From positions 1 through 49,017 of the forward strand of contig CALFWI010000063.1 of assembly GCA_937928615.1 (NCBI GenBank): DNA of 49,017 nt. Direction: 5' to 3'. This DNA is from an uncultured Saprospiraceae bacterium. GTDB lineage: Bacteria; Bacteroidota; Bacteroidia; Chitinophagales; Saprospiraceae. The notes under the pieces are model-generated. The model had not been told where the DNA came from. It saw only the letters and a program-made list of their open reading frames with translations, and made no database searches. Of this stretch, positions 9,199 to 17,991 are shown piece after piece; the stretch's first letter is position 1; every line of letters starts with the position of its first letter. Made by a program: the position numbers and the translations under genes.

Positions 9199-9616
9199 GT
9201 ATATTGAGGTAAAATGGTAAAGTAATTCTCATAGCGTGTGAACAGCGTGTATCGTATTTTGAAACGGTTCTTTTAAAGCATTAATAGTATTTTAGGTACC
9301 CTAAATAGTAAACAAAAGATAGCTTTTATAAAGTTACATCTTTTCAAATTTGTAAAAATCTGTTAATCAAATGGAAATGTATTAAAGGAATTTAATACAG
9401 TTTTTGTCTAGCACTAAACTAATACGACAGTAGAGGAGTAAGGTATTCTTAGGTTACTAAAGTAAGCAAAATTTACTAAAAAGCTTAATTTTTCAGCATT
9501 TAACTACCAACACTATACTTTTTAGGACATTTTCCCTTCAACGAAAAAGCGCAATTAACAACCAAATGGAACATTCCCTGTTTAGCTATTGAGACCGTTT
9601 CAATAAACTTAATACC

Positions 9617-11020
9617 ATGAAAAAACATTTTCTAATTCTCTGTTGTTTGTCTTTCTTTTTTGCTTGTAATACCTATCGAAGTTTACCAGCATTAGTTTAT
9701 AATAATGACTGGGAAACATTAAATATCAAGGCAACCCCTCAAATAAAAACTGGGGATATAGCGGCAGGTTGGAAATATCTGACGGAAGGTAATTATATAG
9801 GTTCGGGGATTCCTTTTGATTTGGTTAAAAAGAAGATTGCTACCCAAAAAGATACGGTTCTCAATAGAACAGGCGCTAATGAAAATTTACCTTTTGGTTT
9901 GACAGCTTTTCAACATAGCAATGGCACCATGGTCATGTCAGGCAATTGCTTGACTTGTCACGGTGGTTATTTAAATGGGGAATTTATCGCAGGGTTAGGT
10001 GGGTACGGGCTTGAGTTTAATGATTTTTCTAAAAATAATGTCACAACTTTTAAAGCATTAAATACGCTGATTAAAGTAAAATATAAAAAAGACTCAAAGG
10101 AAAGAGCAGCCTACGAAATTTTCGGCAAGATTAATAAAGAAGCTTTGTCCTATATAGTGACGCCTTTTGAAGGGGTCAATCCTGCTTTCCGTTTAGAAGA
10201 AGCTTATATCATGAAGCGGAATAAAGAAGATTTGACGCTACAGGAAGATAGTAATTATAAACTAGACAAACGATATACGCTTGCTTCTGACGTTCCACCT
10301 TGGTGGCATCTTAAAAAGAAAAACGCCTTGTATTATAATGGCATGGGCAGAGGAGATTTCTCTAAATTATTGATGCAAGCTTCTACCCAAGGCATCAAAG
10401 ATAGTACGGAAGCCAGAGCTATCCAACAAAATTTCATTGATGTTTTAGCCTATCTTGAAACGATAGAAGCACCAAAGTATCCCAATCCAGTCAACGAAAA
10501 AATTATTTGGCAAGGTGAAAAATTATTTAATAAAAAATGTAGTAAATGCCATGGTACTTATGGCGAAATTGAAGCATACCCCAATAAATTAGTCGCTTTA
10601 GAAGTGGTAAAAACAGACCCTTATTATGCACAAAACTTTAGTGCTAAAATGCATTTAGCCGATTGGTATAACGAGAGTTGGTATGGACAATCCGAACCTA
10701 AATCCTTTGTCAAACCAATGGACGGATACATTGCGCCACCCTTAGATGGCGTTTGGGCAACCGCCCCTTATTTTCATAATGCTGCGGTGCCTACTTTAGA
10801 AGGTGTTTTAAACAGCAATATAAGACCTACTTATTGGCGTAGAATCAATCAATTAGATTATGAAAAAATGGGTTGGCAATACCAAGAAATGAATAAAGGA
10901 GGTAATAAAAAAACGTACGATACGACCTTACCTGGTTATAGCAATGAAGGTCATGATTTTGGAGATGAATTTACCCAAGTACAACGAATGGCAGTTATTG
11001 AATATTTGAAAACGCTGTAA
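9617..11020 (+). CDS. Di-heme c-type cytochrome lipoprotein, CCP/MauG- or DUF1111-like peroxidase superfamily candidate
   Basis: 467-aa ORF. Lipoprotein signal (SFFFAC). Two CxxCH motifs (CLTCH near residue 111, CSKCH near residue 308). A TAPYFHNAAVPTLEGVL segment resembling the TAPY[FM]H[DN]G..TLE motif of di-heme peroxidases. Confidence 0.6.
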   Translation: MKKHFLILCCLSFFFACNTYRSLPALVYNNDWETLNIKATPQIKTGDIAAGWKYLTEGNYIGSGIPFDLVKKKIATQKDTVLNRTGANENLPFGLTAFQHSNGTMVMSGNCLTCHGGYLNGEFIAGLGGYGLEFNDFSKNNVTTFKALNTLIKVKYKKDSKERAAYEIFGKINKEALSYIVTPFEGVNPAFRLEEAYIMKRNKEDLTLQEDSNYKLDKRYTLASDVPPWWHLKKKNALYYNGMGRGDFSKLLMQASTQGIKDSTEARAIQQNFIDVLAYLETIEAPKYPNPVNEKIIWQGEKLFNKKCSKCHGTYGEIEAYPNKLVALEVVKTDPYYAQNFSAKMHLADWYNESWYGQSEPKSFVKPMDGYIAPPLDGVWATAPYFHNAAVPTLEGVLNSNIRPTYWRRINQLDYEKMGWQYQEMNKGGNKKTYDTTLPGYSNEGHDFGDEFTQVQRMAVIEYLKTL

Positions 11021-11044
11021 TCATTACAACTCCCATTTTTTTGA

Positions 11045-11052
11045 TACTTTTG
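11045..11052 (+). promoter_or_regulatory. Candidate Bacteroidota -7 promoter box (TACTTTTG) for the GH3-family gene
   Basis: Exact match to TAnnTTTG, 42 nt upstream of the ATG at 11094. No convincing -33 TTTG at the usual spacing. Confidence 0.3.
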
Positions 11053-11093
11053 TGTGCATTTATTTTTCCACTTAAGTCGCACTTTTCCAAAAA

Positions 11094-12590
11094 ATGGGTT
11101 TCAAATCATTCTTCGTTAGACCTTTTGCTAAAAAAATTGCTAGAGACATTGACCGTTGGTCAAAAGAAGCAGTCAATGCCCAAAACAAAGTATTTCAATC
11201 CTTAATAAAAGGTGGAAAAAATACGGTTTTTGGAAAAGAACATGGTTTTGACAAAATTACTTCCTACGAAGCTTTCAAGCAACAAATCCCAATCCGAGAT
11301 TACGAAGCCTTGCGCCCATACATCGAACGCATCAAAAAAGGAGAAGCGGATATTCTATGGAAAGGAAAACCCAAATATTTTGCTAAAACTTCGGGTACGA
11401 CTTCGGGCGTCAAATACATTCCGTTGACGAAGGAAAGTATGCCCAATCATTTTAATTCTGCTAGAAATGCCTTGTTTAATTATTATGCTCGAACGGGCAA
11501 AGGCAATTGGTTAGATGGCAAAATGATTTTTCTATCAGGCAGTCCTGAATTAACGGAAGTTGGGGGCATTGCTACAGGTCGACTATCAGGCATCGTCAAC
11601 CATGAAGTTCCTGCTTGGCTAAAGACCAATCAACTACCAAGTTATCCAACCAATTGTATAGAAGAATGGGAAGAAAAGTTAACCGCAATTGTGGAAGAAA
11701 CCCATCAGCAAGATATGCGCCTTATTAGCGGTATTCCGCCTTGGGTCCAGATGTATTATGAACGGTTATTGGACAAAACGGGTAAAAAATACGTCAAAGA
11801 TATTTTTCCTAATTTTTCCGTTTTTGTTTATGGCGGGGTTAACTTTGAACCATACCGCTCTAGTTTAGAAGCCTTAGTTGGTAAACGATTGGATAGTGTG
11901 GAAACTTACCCTGCTTCTGAAGGCTTTATTGCTTTTCAAGACGACCCGAACGAGAAAGGCTTATTACTCAACGCCAATTCAGGTATTTTCTTTGAGTTTA
12001 TTCCAGCCGAAGAAATTTTTAACGATAACCCAACTAGACTATCTCTGGGGGCAATTGAATTAGGTGTTAATTACGCCATCATCATCAATAATAATGCGGG
12101 GCTTTGGGGATACAATATTGGGGATACGGTTCAGTTTGTTTCTAAAAGTCCCTATCGAATTATTGTTTCTGGGAGAATCAAACATTTCATTTCAGCCTTT
12201 GGCGAGCATGTTATTGGTAAAGAAGTCGAAGAAGCTTTATTAAATGCTGCTAAAAAGACTGGCGTTAAGGTCACCGAATTTACGGTAGCGCCCAATATTA
12301 CGCCTAACGAAGGCGGCCTGCCTTATCACGAATGGTTGATAGAATTTGAAGAAATGCCCAATGATTTGACGGCATTTGCACAAAACATTGACCAAGAAAT
12401 GATTCAACAAAACATTTACTATGAAGATTTGATTAAAGGTAATATTTTGAGGACTTTAAAAATTAGCCCTTTAAAAAAGAATACTTTTAGAAATTATATG
12501 AAATCACAAGGCAAACTAGGTGGCCAAAATAAAGTCCCTCGTTTATCAAATGATAGAAAAATCGCAAAACAATTACTTTCACTTCAATAG
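11094..12590 (+). CDS. GH3 (auxin-responsive promoter) family adenylate-forming enzyme
   Basis: 498-aa ORF. The FAKTSGTTSGVKYIP motif, overall length and overall layout are typical of bacterial GH3-family proteins common in Bacteroidota. Confidence 0.75.
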   Translation: MGFKSFFVRPFAKKIARDIDRWSKEAVNAQNKVFQSLIKGGKNTVFGKEHGFDKITSYEAFKQQIPIRDYEALRPYIERIKKGEADILWKGKPKYFAKTSGTTSGVKYIPLTKESMPNHFNSARNALFNYYARTGKGNWLDGKMIFLSGSPELTEVGGIATGRLSGIVNHEVPAWLKTNQLPSYPTNCIEEWEEKLTAIVEETHQQDMRLISGIPPWVQMYYERLLDKTGKKYVKDIFPNFSVFVYGGVNFEPYRSSLEALVGKRLDSVETYPASEGFIAFQDDPNEKGLLLNANSGIFFEFIPAEEIFNDNPTRLSLGAIELGVNYAIIINNNAGLWGYNIGDTVQFVSKSPYRIIVSGRIKHFISAFGEHVIGKEVEEALLNAAKKTGVKVTEFTVAPNITPNEGGLPYHEWLIEFEEMPNDLTAFAQNIDQEMIQQNIYYEDLIKGNILRTLKISPLKKNTFRNYMKSQGKLGGQNKVPRLSNDRKIAKQLLSLQ

Positions 12591-12642
12591 AGGTTGTCTA
12601 AAATGTCTCGAATTTATATACGAGGCTTCCAAATTTGATAGC

Positions 12643-12667
12643 AGAGAATGTTTATTCTCTAGTTTTT
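12643..12667 (+). terminator. Weak candidate intrinsic terminator after the GH3-family gene
   Basis: AGAGAAT GTTT ATTCTCT (7-bp stem, 4-nt loop) followed by AGTTTTT. Confidence 0.3.
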
Positions 12668-12693
12668 AATACAGCCTCTAAAACAAACAAGCC

Positions 12694-13965
12694 ATGCAAA
12701 TACGAACCCTTTTCTCGCTAATCCTAGCTGTTGTCTTTATGGTCGCTTGCCAAGATGCCCCAAAAACAACAGAAGCGACTAAAGCAACTCCTATCTCAGA
12801 AATGAGTGACGATGCTATCAAAAAATTAGCCGATGAGTTAGCGCATAAATACATCATTACGGATGGACATGTCGATTTACCTTACCGACTAAAAGTGACT
12901 AATTTTAGGTTGGAAAAAGAATTCTTAGGTATTCCATTAAAAACAGACAAAGGAGATTTTGATTTAGAAAGAGCTAAAAAAGGTGGTTTGGACGCACCTT
13001 TTATGTCCATTTATATTCCTGCTTCTTATCAAAAATCAGGCGGTGCAAAAATCTTTGCAGATTCTTTAATTGATATGGTTTCGGGTATTGCCGATGCGCA
13101 TCCAGATAAATTTGCCATCACTACTTCTCCTGCACAAGCAGAAGACAATTTTAAGAAAGGTATTTTGTCTTTACCAATGGGTATGGAAAATGGTGCACCT
13201 ATTGAAGACGATATTAACAATGTTGCTTATTTTCACGAACGAGGTATTCGTTATATTACTTTAACGCACTCTAAGGACAATCAAATTTGTGATTCTTCTT
13301 ATGATTCTACTAGAACTTGGAACGGTTTAAGTCCTTTTGGGATAGACGTCGTGAAAGAAATGAATAAAGTAGGGATTATGGTCGATATTTCACACGTTTC
13401 GGATTCTACCTTTTACCAAGTGATGGCGATGACAGATGTGCCTTGTATTGCTTCTCACTCTTCTTGTCGAATATTTACGCCTGATTTTGAGCGAAATATG
13501 AATAATGATATGATTAAATTATTAGGGGAGAAAAATGGCGTGATTCAAATTAATTTTGGGTCTACTTTCTTAGACGGTGAAATTGCTAAGCAAAGAAATG
13601 GATTAAGAAGCAAATTGAGTAAGTTATTAAAAGAATCAGATTTATCTTTTGGTGATGATGCTGCAAAGCCAATTATCGAACAATTCCAAAAAGATAACCC
13701 TACGCTATTTTCTGATGTAGAAAAAGTAGCCGACCATATTGATAATGTAGTGAAAGTAGCAGGCATTGACCATGTTGGTTTAGGGTCAGATTATGATGGT
13801 GTAGGGGATAGTTTGCCAACTGGTTTAAAAGATGTTTCTCAATATCCTAACTTGATTTTCACCCTTTTAAAAAGAGGGTACTCAGAAGAAGATATTGCTA
13901 AGATTTGTTATAAAAATGTTTGGAGAGTTTGGAATGCGGTGGAAGCAGCAGCGGCAAATAGTTAA
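12694..13965 (+). CDS. Membrane (renal-type) dipeptidase, peptidase family M19, lipoprotein
   Basis: 423-aa ORF. Lipoprotein signal (VFMVAC). DGHVDLP zinc-ligand motif, MENG, DISHVSD and GLGSDYDG motifs characteristic of M19. Confidence 0.85.
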   Translation: MQIRTLFSLILAVVFMVACQDAPKTTEATKATPISEMSDDAIKKLADELAHKYIITDGHVDLPYRLKVTNFRLEKEFLGIPLKTDKGDFDLERAKKGGLDAPFMSIYIPASYQKSGGAKIFADSLIDMVSGIADAHPDKFAITTSPAQAEDNFKKGILSLPMGMENGAPIEDDINNVAYFHERGIRYITLTHSKDNQICDSSYDSTRTWNGLSPFGIDVVKEMNKVGIMVDISHVSDSTFYQVMAMTDVPCIASHSSCRIFTPDFERNMNNDMIKLLGEKNGVIQINFGSTFLDGEIAKQRNGLRSKLSKLLKESDLSFGDDAAKPIIEQFQKDNPTLFSDVEKVADHIDNVVKVAGIDHVGLGSDYDGVGDSLPTGLKDVSQYPNLIFTLLKRGYSEEDIAKICYKNVWRVWNAVEAAAANS

Positions 13966-13990
13966 AAAATTAATTAAACAGTTTCCTATT

Positions 13991-14053
13991 ATCAGTTGCC
14001 AGTTGCCAGTTTTACGGTAACTGGCAACTGGCAACTGGTAACCGACAACTGAT
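13991..14053 (+). repeat. Heptamer-array hairpin element, AACTRGY family, copy 3 (best copy)
   Basis: Left arm ATCAGTT GCCAGTT GCCAGTT (13991-14011), 7-nt loop TTACGGT, right arm AACTGGC AACTGGC AACTGGT AACCGAC AACTGAT (14019-14053). Positions 13993-14011 pair perfectly (19 bp) with 14019-14037. The element ends 6 nt before the TTG start of gpsA. Confidence 0.9.
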
Positions 14054-14059
14054 ATAAAA

Positions 14060-15109
14060 TTGTCAACAACAAAAAAAGTAGGCGTCATCGGTGCGGGTAG
14101 TTTTGGAACAGCCATTTCCAATTTAATTGCCTTGAATGGAATAGAAGTTTTGCTTTATAGCAGGCGACAAAAAGTGATTGATAAAATTAATCAAGAACGA
14201 CAACATTACGGTATTCCTATTTCTGACCATATTAAATTGACCAATGATATTGAAAGAATAGCTAAAGAGTGTACCATCATTTTTCCGATAGTCCCCTCTA
14301 GCGCCTTTCGAGAAGCCATGCAACACATAGGCCCTTTTCTAAAACCCTATCACATGTTAATTCATGGGACTAAAGGATTTGATTTAAAAGAGGTAACGGA
14401 AGAAGCATTAATGGCGAGACAAGTCAACATTATGCGAAAGCATGTTTGTACCATGAGTGAGGTCATACGACAGGAAAGTATTGTTGTAAAAATAGGCTGT
14501 TTATCTGGACCTAATTTATCTTCAGAAATTTTAGCAGGCCAACCTACGGCAACCGTTATTGCTAGCCAATTTACTGAAGTTATCAAAGCGGGACAAAGTA
14601 TTCTAGATAGTGCTAAATTCCATGTTTTTGGTTCCCACGAAATCTTGGGTGCAGAATTAGCAGGTGCGTTAAAAAATATTATTGCCCTTGGGTCTGGTAT
14701 TTTGGGTGGCATGGGTATGGGGAAAAATATTCAAGCGATGTTAATTACAAGAGGATTGACAGAAATGATTAATTATGGTAAAGCAATGGGGTCTACAGCT
14801 CAAGCATTTTTAGGTACGGCTGGCATAGGAGACTTAGTTGCTACGGCTACCAGTAACAAAAGTAGAAATTATACTTTTGGTTATAGAATAGGTCAAGGTG
14901 AAGCTCCCGAAGATATATTTATGTCGATGTCCGAATTGGCAGAAGGTGCTCGGACTTTAAAAATTGCTAGAGGTTTAGCGAGGCATTATAAATTACATGT
15001 ACCGATTACAGAAATGTTGTATAATGTTGTATTTGAAGGCTTCGATAAAAAACGGGCTTTGTATTATTTAATGAAATATCCTTATGCGGTTGATGTAGAT
15101 TTCTTATAA
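14060..15109 (+). CDS. gpsA: NAD(P)H-dependent glycerol-3-phosphate dehydrogenase
   Basis: 349-aa ORF. Rossmann motif VGVIGAGSFGTA and the conserved GpsA core (GPNLSSEI, KNIIALGSGI). The start in the ORF track is a TTG. Confidence 0.85.
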   Translation: MSTTKKVGVIGAGSFGTAISNLIALNGIEVLLYSRRQKVIDKINQERQHYGIPISDHIKLTNDIERIAKECTIIFPIVPSSAFREAMQHIGPFLKPYHMLIHGTKGFDLKEVTEEALMARQVNIMRKHVCTMSEVIRQESIVVKIGCLSGPNLSSEILAGQPTATVIASQFTEVIKAGQSILDSAKFHVFGSHEILGAELAGALKNIIALGSGILGGMGMGKNIQAMLITRGLTEMINYGKAMGSTAQAFLGTAGIGDLVATATSNKSRNYTFGYRIGQGEAPEDIFMSMSELAEGARTLKIARGLARHYKLHVPITEMLYNVVFEGFDKKRALYYLMKYPYAVDVDFL

Positions 15110-15118
15110 AAATAGGTG

Positions 15119-15246
15119 TTATTTCGCAAAGGGTATTGGGTGTAGGGCAAAGGGAAAACCTATTTGTGTTTGAAAGATTTTCTCTTGTAAATCTTAACAT
15201 TTATCAACTATTTGTTCATTTACACACCTCCGCCCTTTGCGAAATA
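15119..15246. repeat. Long-range inverted repeat (~128 nt hairpin element) between convergent genes
   Basis: TATTTCGCAAAGGG (15120-15133) is the exact reverse complement of CCCTTTGCGAAATA (15233-15246). There is imperfect extension inward (GGGTGTA vs TACACACC). GCAAAGGG occurs twice in the left arm. Confidence 0.7.
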
Positions 15247-15279
15247 GACATAAAAAATGAATTTAGAAGGCATTATTCC

Positions 15280-17991
15280 TTAAAAACTAGCTCTTAACCC
15301 AATAACAAAATTTCTACCTGCACTGCTAACGCCTGATGAAAATGGGCGATAATGTAAATCTTCAATATTTTCTACACTTAGGTTTAAAGAGAATATATCA
15401 TTAATCTGATATTCTGTATAAACATTATAAGTGGTCCAAGCCAATGAACCTGCATACCCTTCCTGACAATTAGCATCTCCAGTAGGTTCTATCGGGTCAC
15501 AAGGATCACCATTAACATCAATAAAACCAAAAGGAGAATAATCAAGATTATCTGAGGTACCATCTCTTCTTAGTAATACTTCATTCCCATTTATGAGTCT
15601 AGCCGAAGCTACTGCATAATCATTGGGGCGTTTTCTACCATTATACCGAATGGTTGGAGCAATTTTCCATTTTCCTAGATTAAAAGTCAAGCTTGTTTGA
15701 CCGTATAATGGTGGAATATGGGCAAAAGGAACAATTTCATCAATGACAATTCCTTCTATCGTATCTTGAAAACGATAAGTCCCTTTGGTATAACTAATGC
15801 TAGATTGCAATTCAAAATTCCCCCCTATCTTAAGGCTTAAATTACCAGAAACCCCTATAATGTTTGCTGTAGTCGTATTTACATTCGCTTGTATTTCTAA
15901 TGCCTCTTCATCTTTAAATAAAACCGTTGTCCCATCAGGTAAAGCAAAATTCTTTCGAGTTAAGGCATTCTTCAAATTGGTTTTAAAAGCCGTTGCACTT
16001 AAGTTTAAACTAGCACCCGATTTTTTTCCCGTCTCTTTATTTGTTCTAATTTTGCCTAATTGTTTCCCTACCGTTAGTTCAACCGTCAAAGCTTCTTCTG
16101 GTTTTAAAGTAGGATTAGGTACGGTAATAAAACCATTTTTTTCTCTAATTTGAGCAAAATCATCTACGTTAGGCGAACGAAAAGCGGATGCAATTAAGGC
16201 TCGAAATTGCCATTTATCTTTAGTATTAGCGGTTAATCCAGTTCCAAAAGTAAGCGCATCATTCTTTAAATAAATGCCATCTATATAATTTTGAGGCCAC
16301 TCAATACGGTCTTCAGCTCCAAAAAATCCTGCTAACTGTACAAAATTATAGCGTAAGCCCGCTTCTGCTGATAAGACCTTATTTTCGCTTCTCCATTTAA
16401 GGTTCGTATAAGCCCCATAACTAGTCATTGAGCTACCGTTACTTGGATAACGAGTAATATCTCCTGCTAGTCTATCTCCTTGTTGACTGCCTCTATGAAC
16501 GTACTCTTCAAAAGCCTTTGATTTCACATTGTTTCTACTGATATCTAATCCATAAGAAACAGTAATCCGTTCGTCCTCTGTTAAAAATTTATCAAAATCA
16601 GCGGTTAATGCGTAAACAAAAACATCTACTTGACTAGCTTCTAGCCAGTTTTTTGCCCATTTACGTTGATATCGGTCTTCATCTACTTTTTGAAAAGAGG
16701 CAATAATTGTTCCTCTATCAAAATACTTCTGATTTAATAAACGTGCCTTAATAGAACCCAAAATTCTTTGTTGAGGGCCATAATACCATTCTCTCCATTT
16801 CAAATCACTAGAATCGGCTATGATTTCTGCTAAATTATCGTAACGTGGAATATCCGAAGAAGCAGACAGTTGCATATTGGCGACAAAATATAAATTATCA
16901 GAAGCTTGGAATTTTATTTTTTGCAAAAAATCTATTTGTCCATATTCTGTTCCCCATTGTTGGTTAACATTGGGATTGACAATTTTATCTCTAGAAGTGA
17001 GGTCATCTGCAGGAACTACATATTTTTTCCCAAATTCGGGATAGGCTGTTGGTCGTACACTTCCTGCAATTAAATTACCATAATCTACCATAGAAAAACT
17101 GGTCAAAGACCCCCAATTCTTTTGCCCTTGATTGAAATCTACATGAAAAGCTCTTTCAAAATTAGCATAGGCATAACGAACAGATGCATTGGTTTTTAAC
17201 ACTAAATCCTCATTCGGCCCATATGCTAACTCTGGGTCTTTTGTCCTATAATGTACGACTCCGCCTAAAGCATCACTTCCATAAGTTAAGGAACCTGGTC
17301 CAAAAATAACTTCTGCTTGTTGTAAAATGGCAGGGTCAATAGTTATCGCATTTTGTAAATGCCCATTTCGGTAAATGGCGTTATTCATTCTAACGCCATC
17401 TACGACTAATAGTACTCGATTGGCTTCAAAACCCCGAATGATTGGACTACCTCCTCCCATTTGACTTTTCTGCACAAATAAGCCGCCATTTTTTTCTAAT
17501 AAATCTGCAGAGGTTTGGGCGCTACTAAACTGAATCTCTTTATTCGTAATTCTTTCTATCTGATAGGGTATTTCTTCGATGCGGTCATCTCTTCTGCCTA
17601 TTACGACTACTTCATTTAAGATATTTATATCTTCTTCCATCGAAATTCGACCTTTTTTATTCCTAATTTCATAAACAGGTAATTCCAACGTTTTGAAACC
17701 AGTATAACTAAAGGTAACAATATCTCTATAGCCTAAATCAGCAATAATTACCTTTCCATCAATATCCGTAATAGCCTGAAAGCTAGAACCAACGGAATAG
17801 ACATGTACACCAATTAATGGCTCACCAGTCTTAGCATCTATAATTTTAACAGGAATATCTTGAAATAAAGGGTTAGCCTTACTGCCTAGAGGAAGTGAAA
17901 GGAAAGCACAAAGAAGGAATAGCACCAAAGAGTTTATTCGGTACGAACTGTGCCTAGAAAGGTGATTAATTCTCGATTGCTCCTCTAACAT
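15280..17991 (-). CDS. TonB-dependent outer-membrane receptor with carboxypeptidase-regulatory-like N-terminal domain
   Basis: 903-aa ORF. Signal peptide, an Ig-like CarbopepD_reg-type segment (VKIIDAKTGEPLIGVHVY), a plug domain, a long beta-barrel region and a C-terminal aromatic residue (GLRASF). Confidence 0.85.
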   Translation of the reverse strand: MLEEQSRINHLSRHSSYRINSLVLFLLCAFLSLPLGSKANPLFQDIPVKIIDAKTGEPLIGVHVYSVGSSFQAITDIDGKVIIADLGYRDIVTFSYTGFKTLELPVYEIRNKKGRISMEEDINILNEVVVIGRRDDRIEEIPYQIERITNKEIQFSSAQTSADLLEKNGGLFVQKSQMGGGSPIIRGFEANRVLLVVDGVRMNNAIYRNGHLQNAITIDPAILQQAEVIFGPGSLTYGSDALGGVVHYRTKDPELAYGPNEDLVLKTNASVRYAYANFERAFHVDFNQGQKNWGSLTSFSMVDYGNLIAGSVRPTAYPEFGKKYVVPADDLTSRDKIVNPNVNQQWGTEYGQIDFLQKIKFQASDNLYFVANMQLSASSDIPRYDNLAEIIADSSDLKWREWYYGPQQRILGSIKARLLNQKYFDRGTIIASFQKVDEDRYQRKWAKNWLEASQVDVFVYALTADFDKFLTEDERITVSYGLDISRNNVKSKAFEEYVHRGSQQGDRLAGDITRYPSNGSSMTSYGAYTNLKWRSENKVLSAEAGLRYNFVQLAGFFGAEDRIEWPQNYIDGIYLKNDALTFGTGLTANTKDKWQFRALIASAFRSPNVDDFAQIREKNGFITVPNPTLKPEEALTVELTVGKQLGKIRTNKETGKKSGASLNLSATAFKTNLKNALTRKNFALPDGTTVLFKDEEALEIQANVNTTTANIIGVSGNLSLKIGGNFELQSSISYTKGTYRFQDTIEGIVIDEIVPFAHIPPLYGQTSLTFNLGKWKIAPTIRYNGRKRPNDYAVASARLINGNEVLLRRDGTSDNLDYSPFGFIDVNGDPCDPIEPTGDANCQEGYAGSLAWTTYNVYTEYQINDIFSLNLSVENIEDLHYRPFSSGVSSAGRNFVIGLRASF

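Noticed and set aside
13991-14053. Heptamer arrays considered as CRISPR arrays
   Set aside because: The units are 7 nt and directly abutting with no spacers. The arrays are about 35 nt long and paired as inverted arms. No cas genes are in the window.
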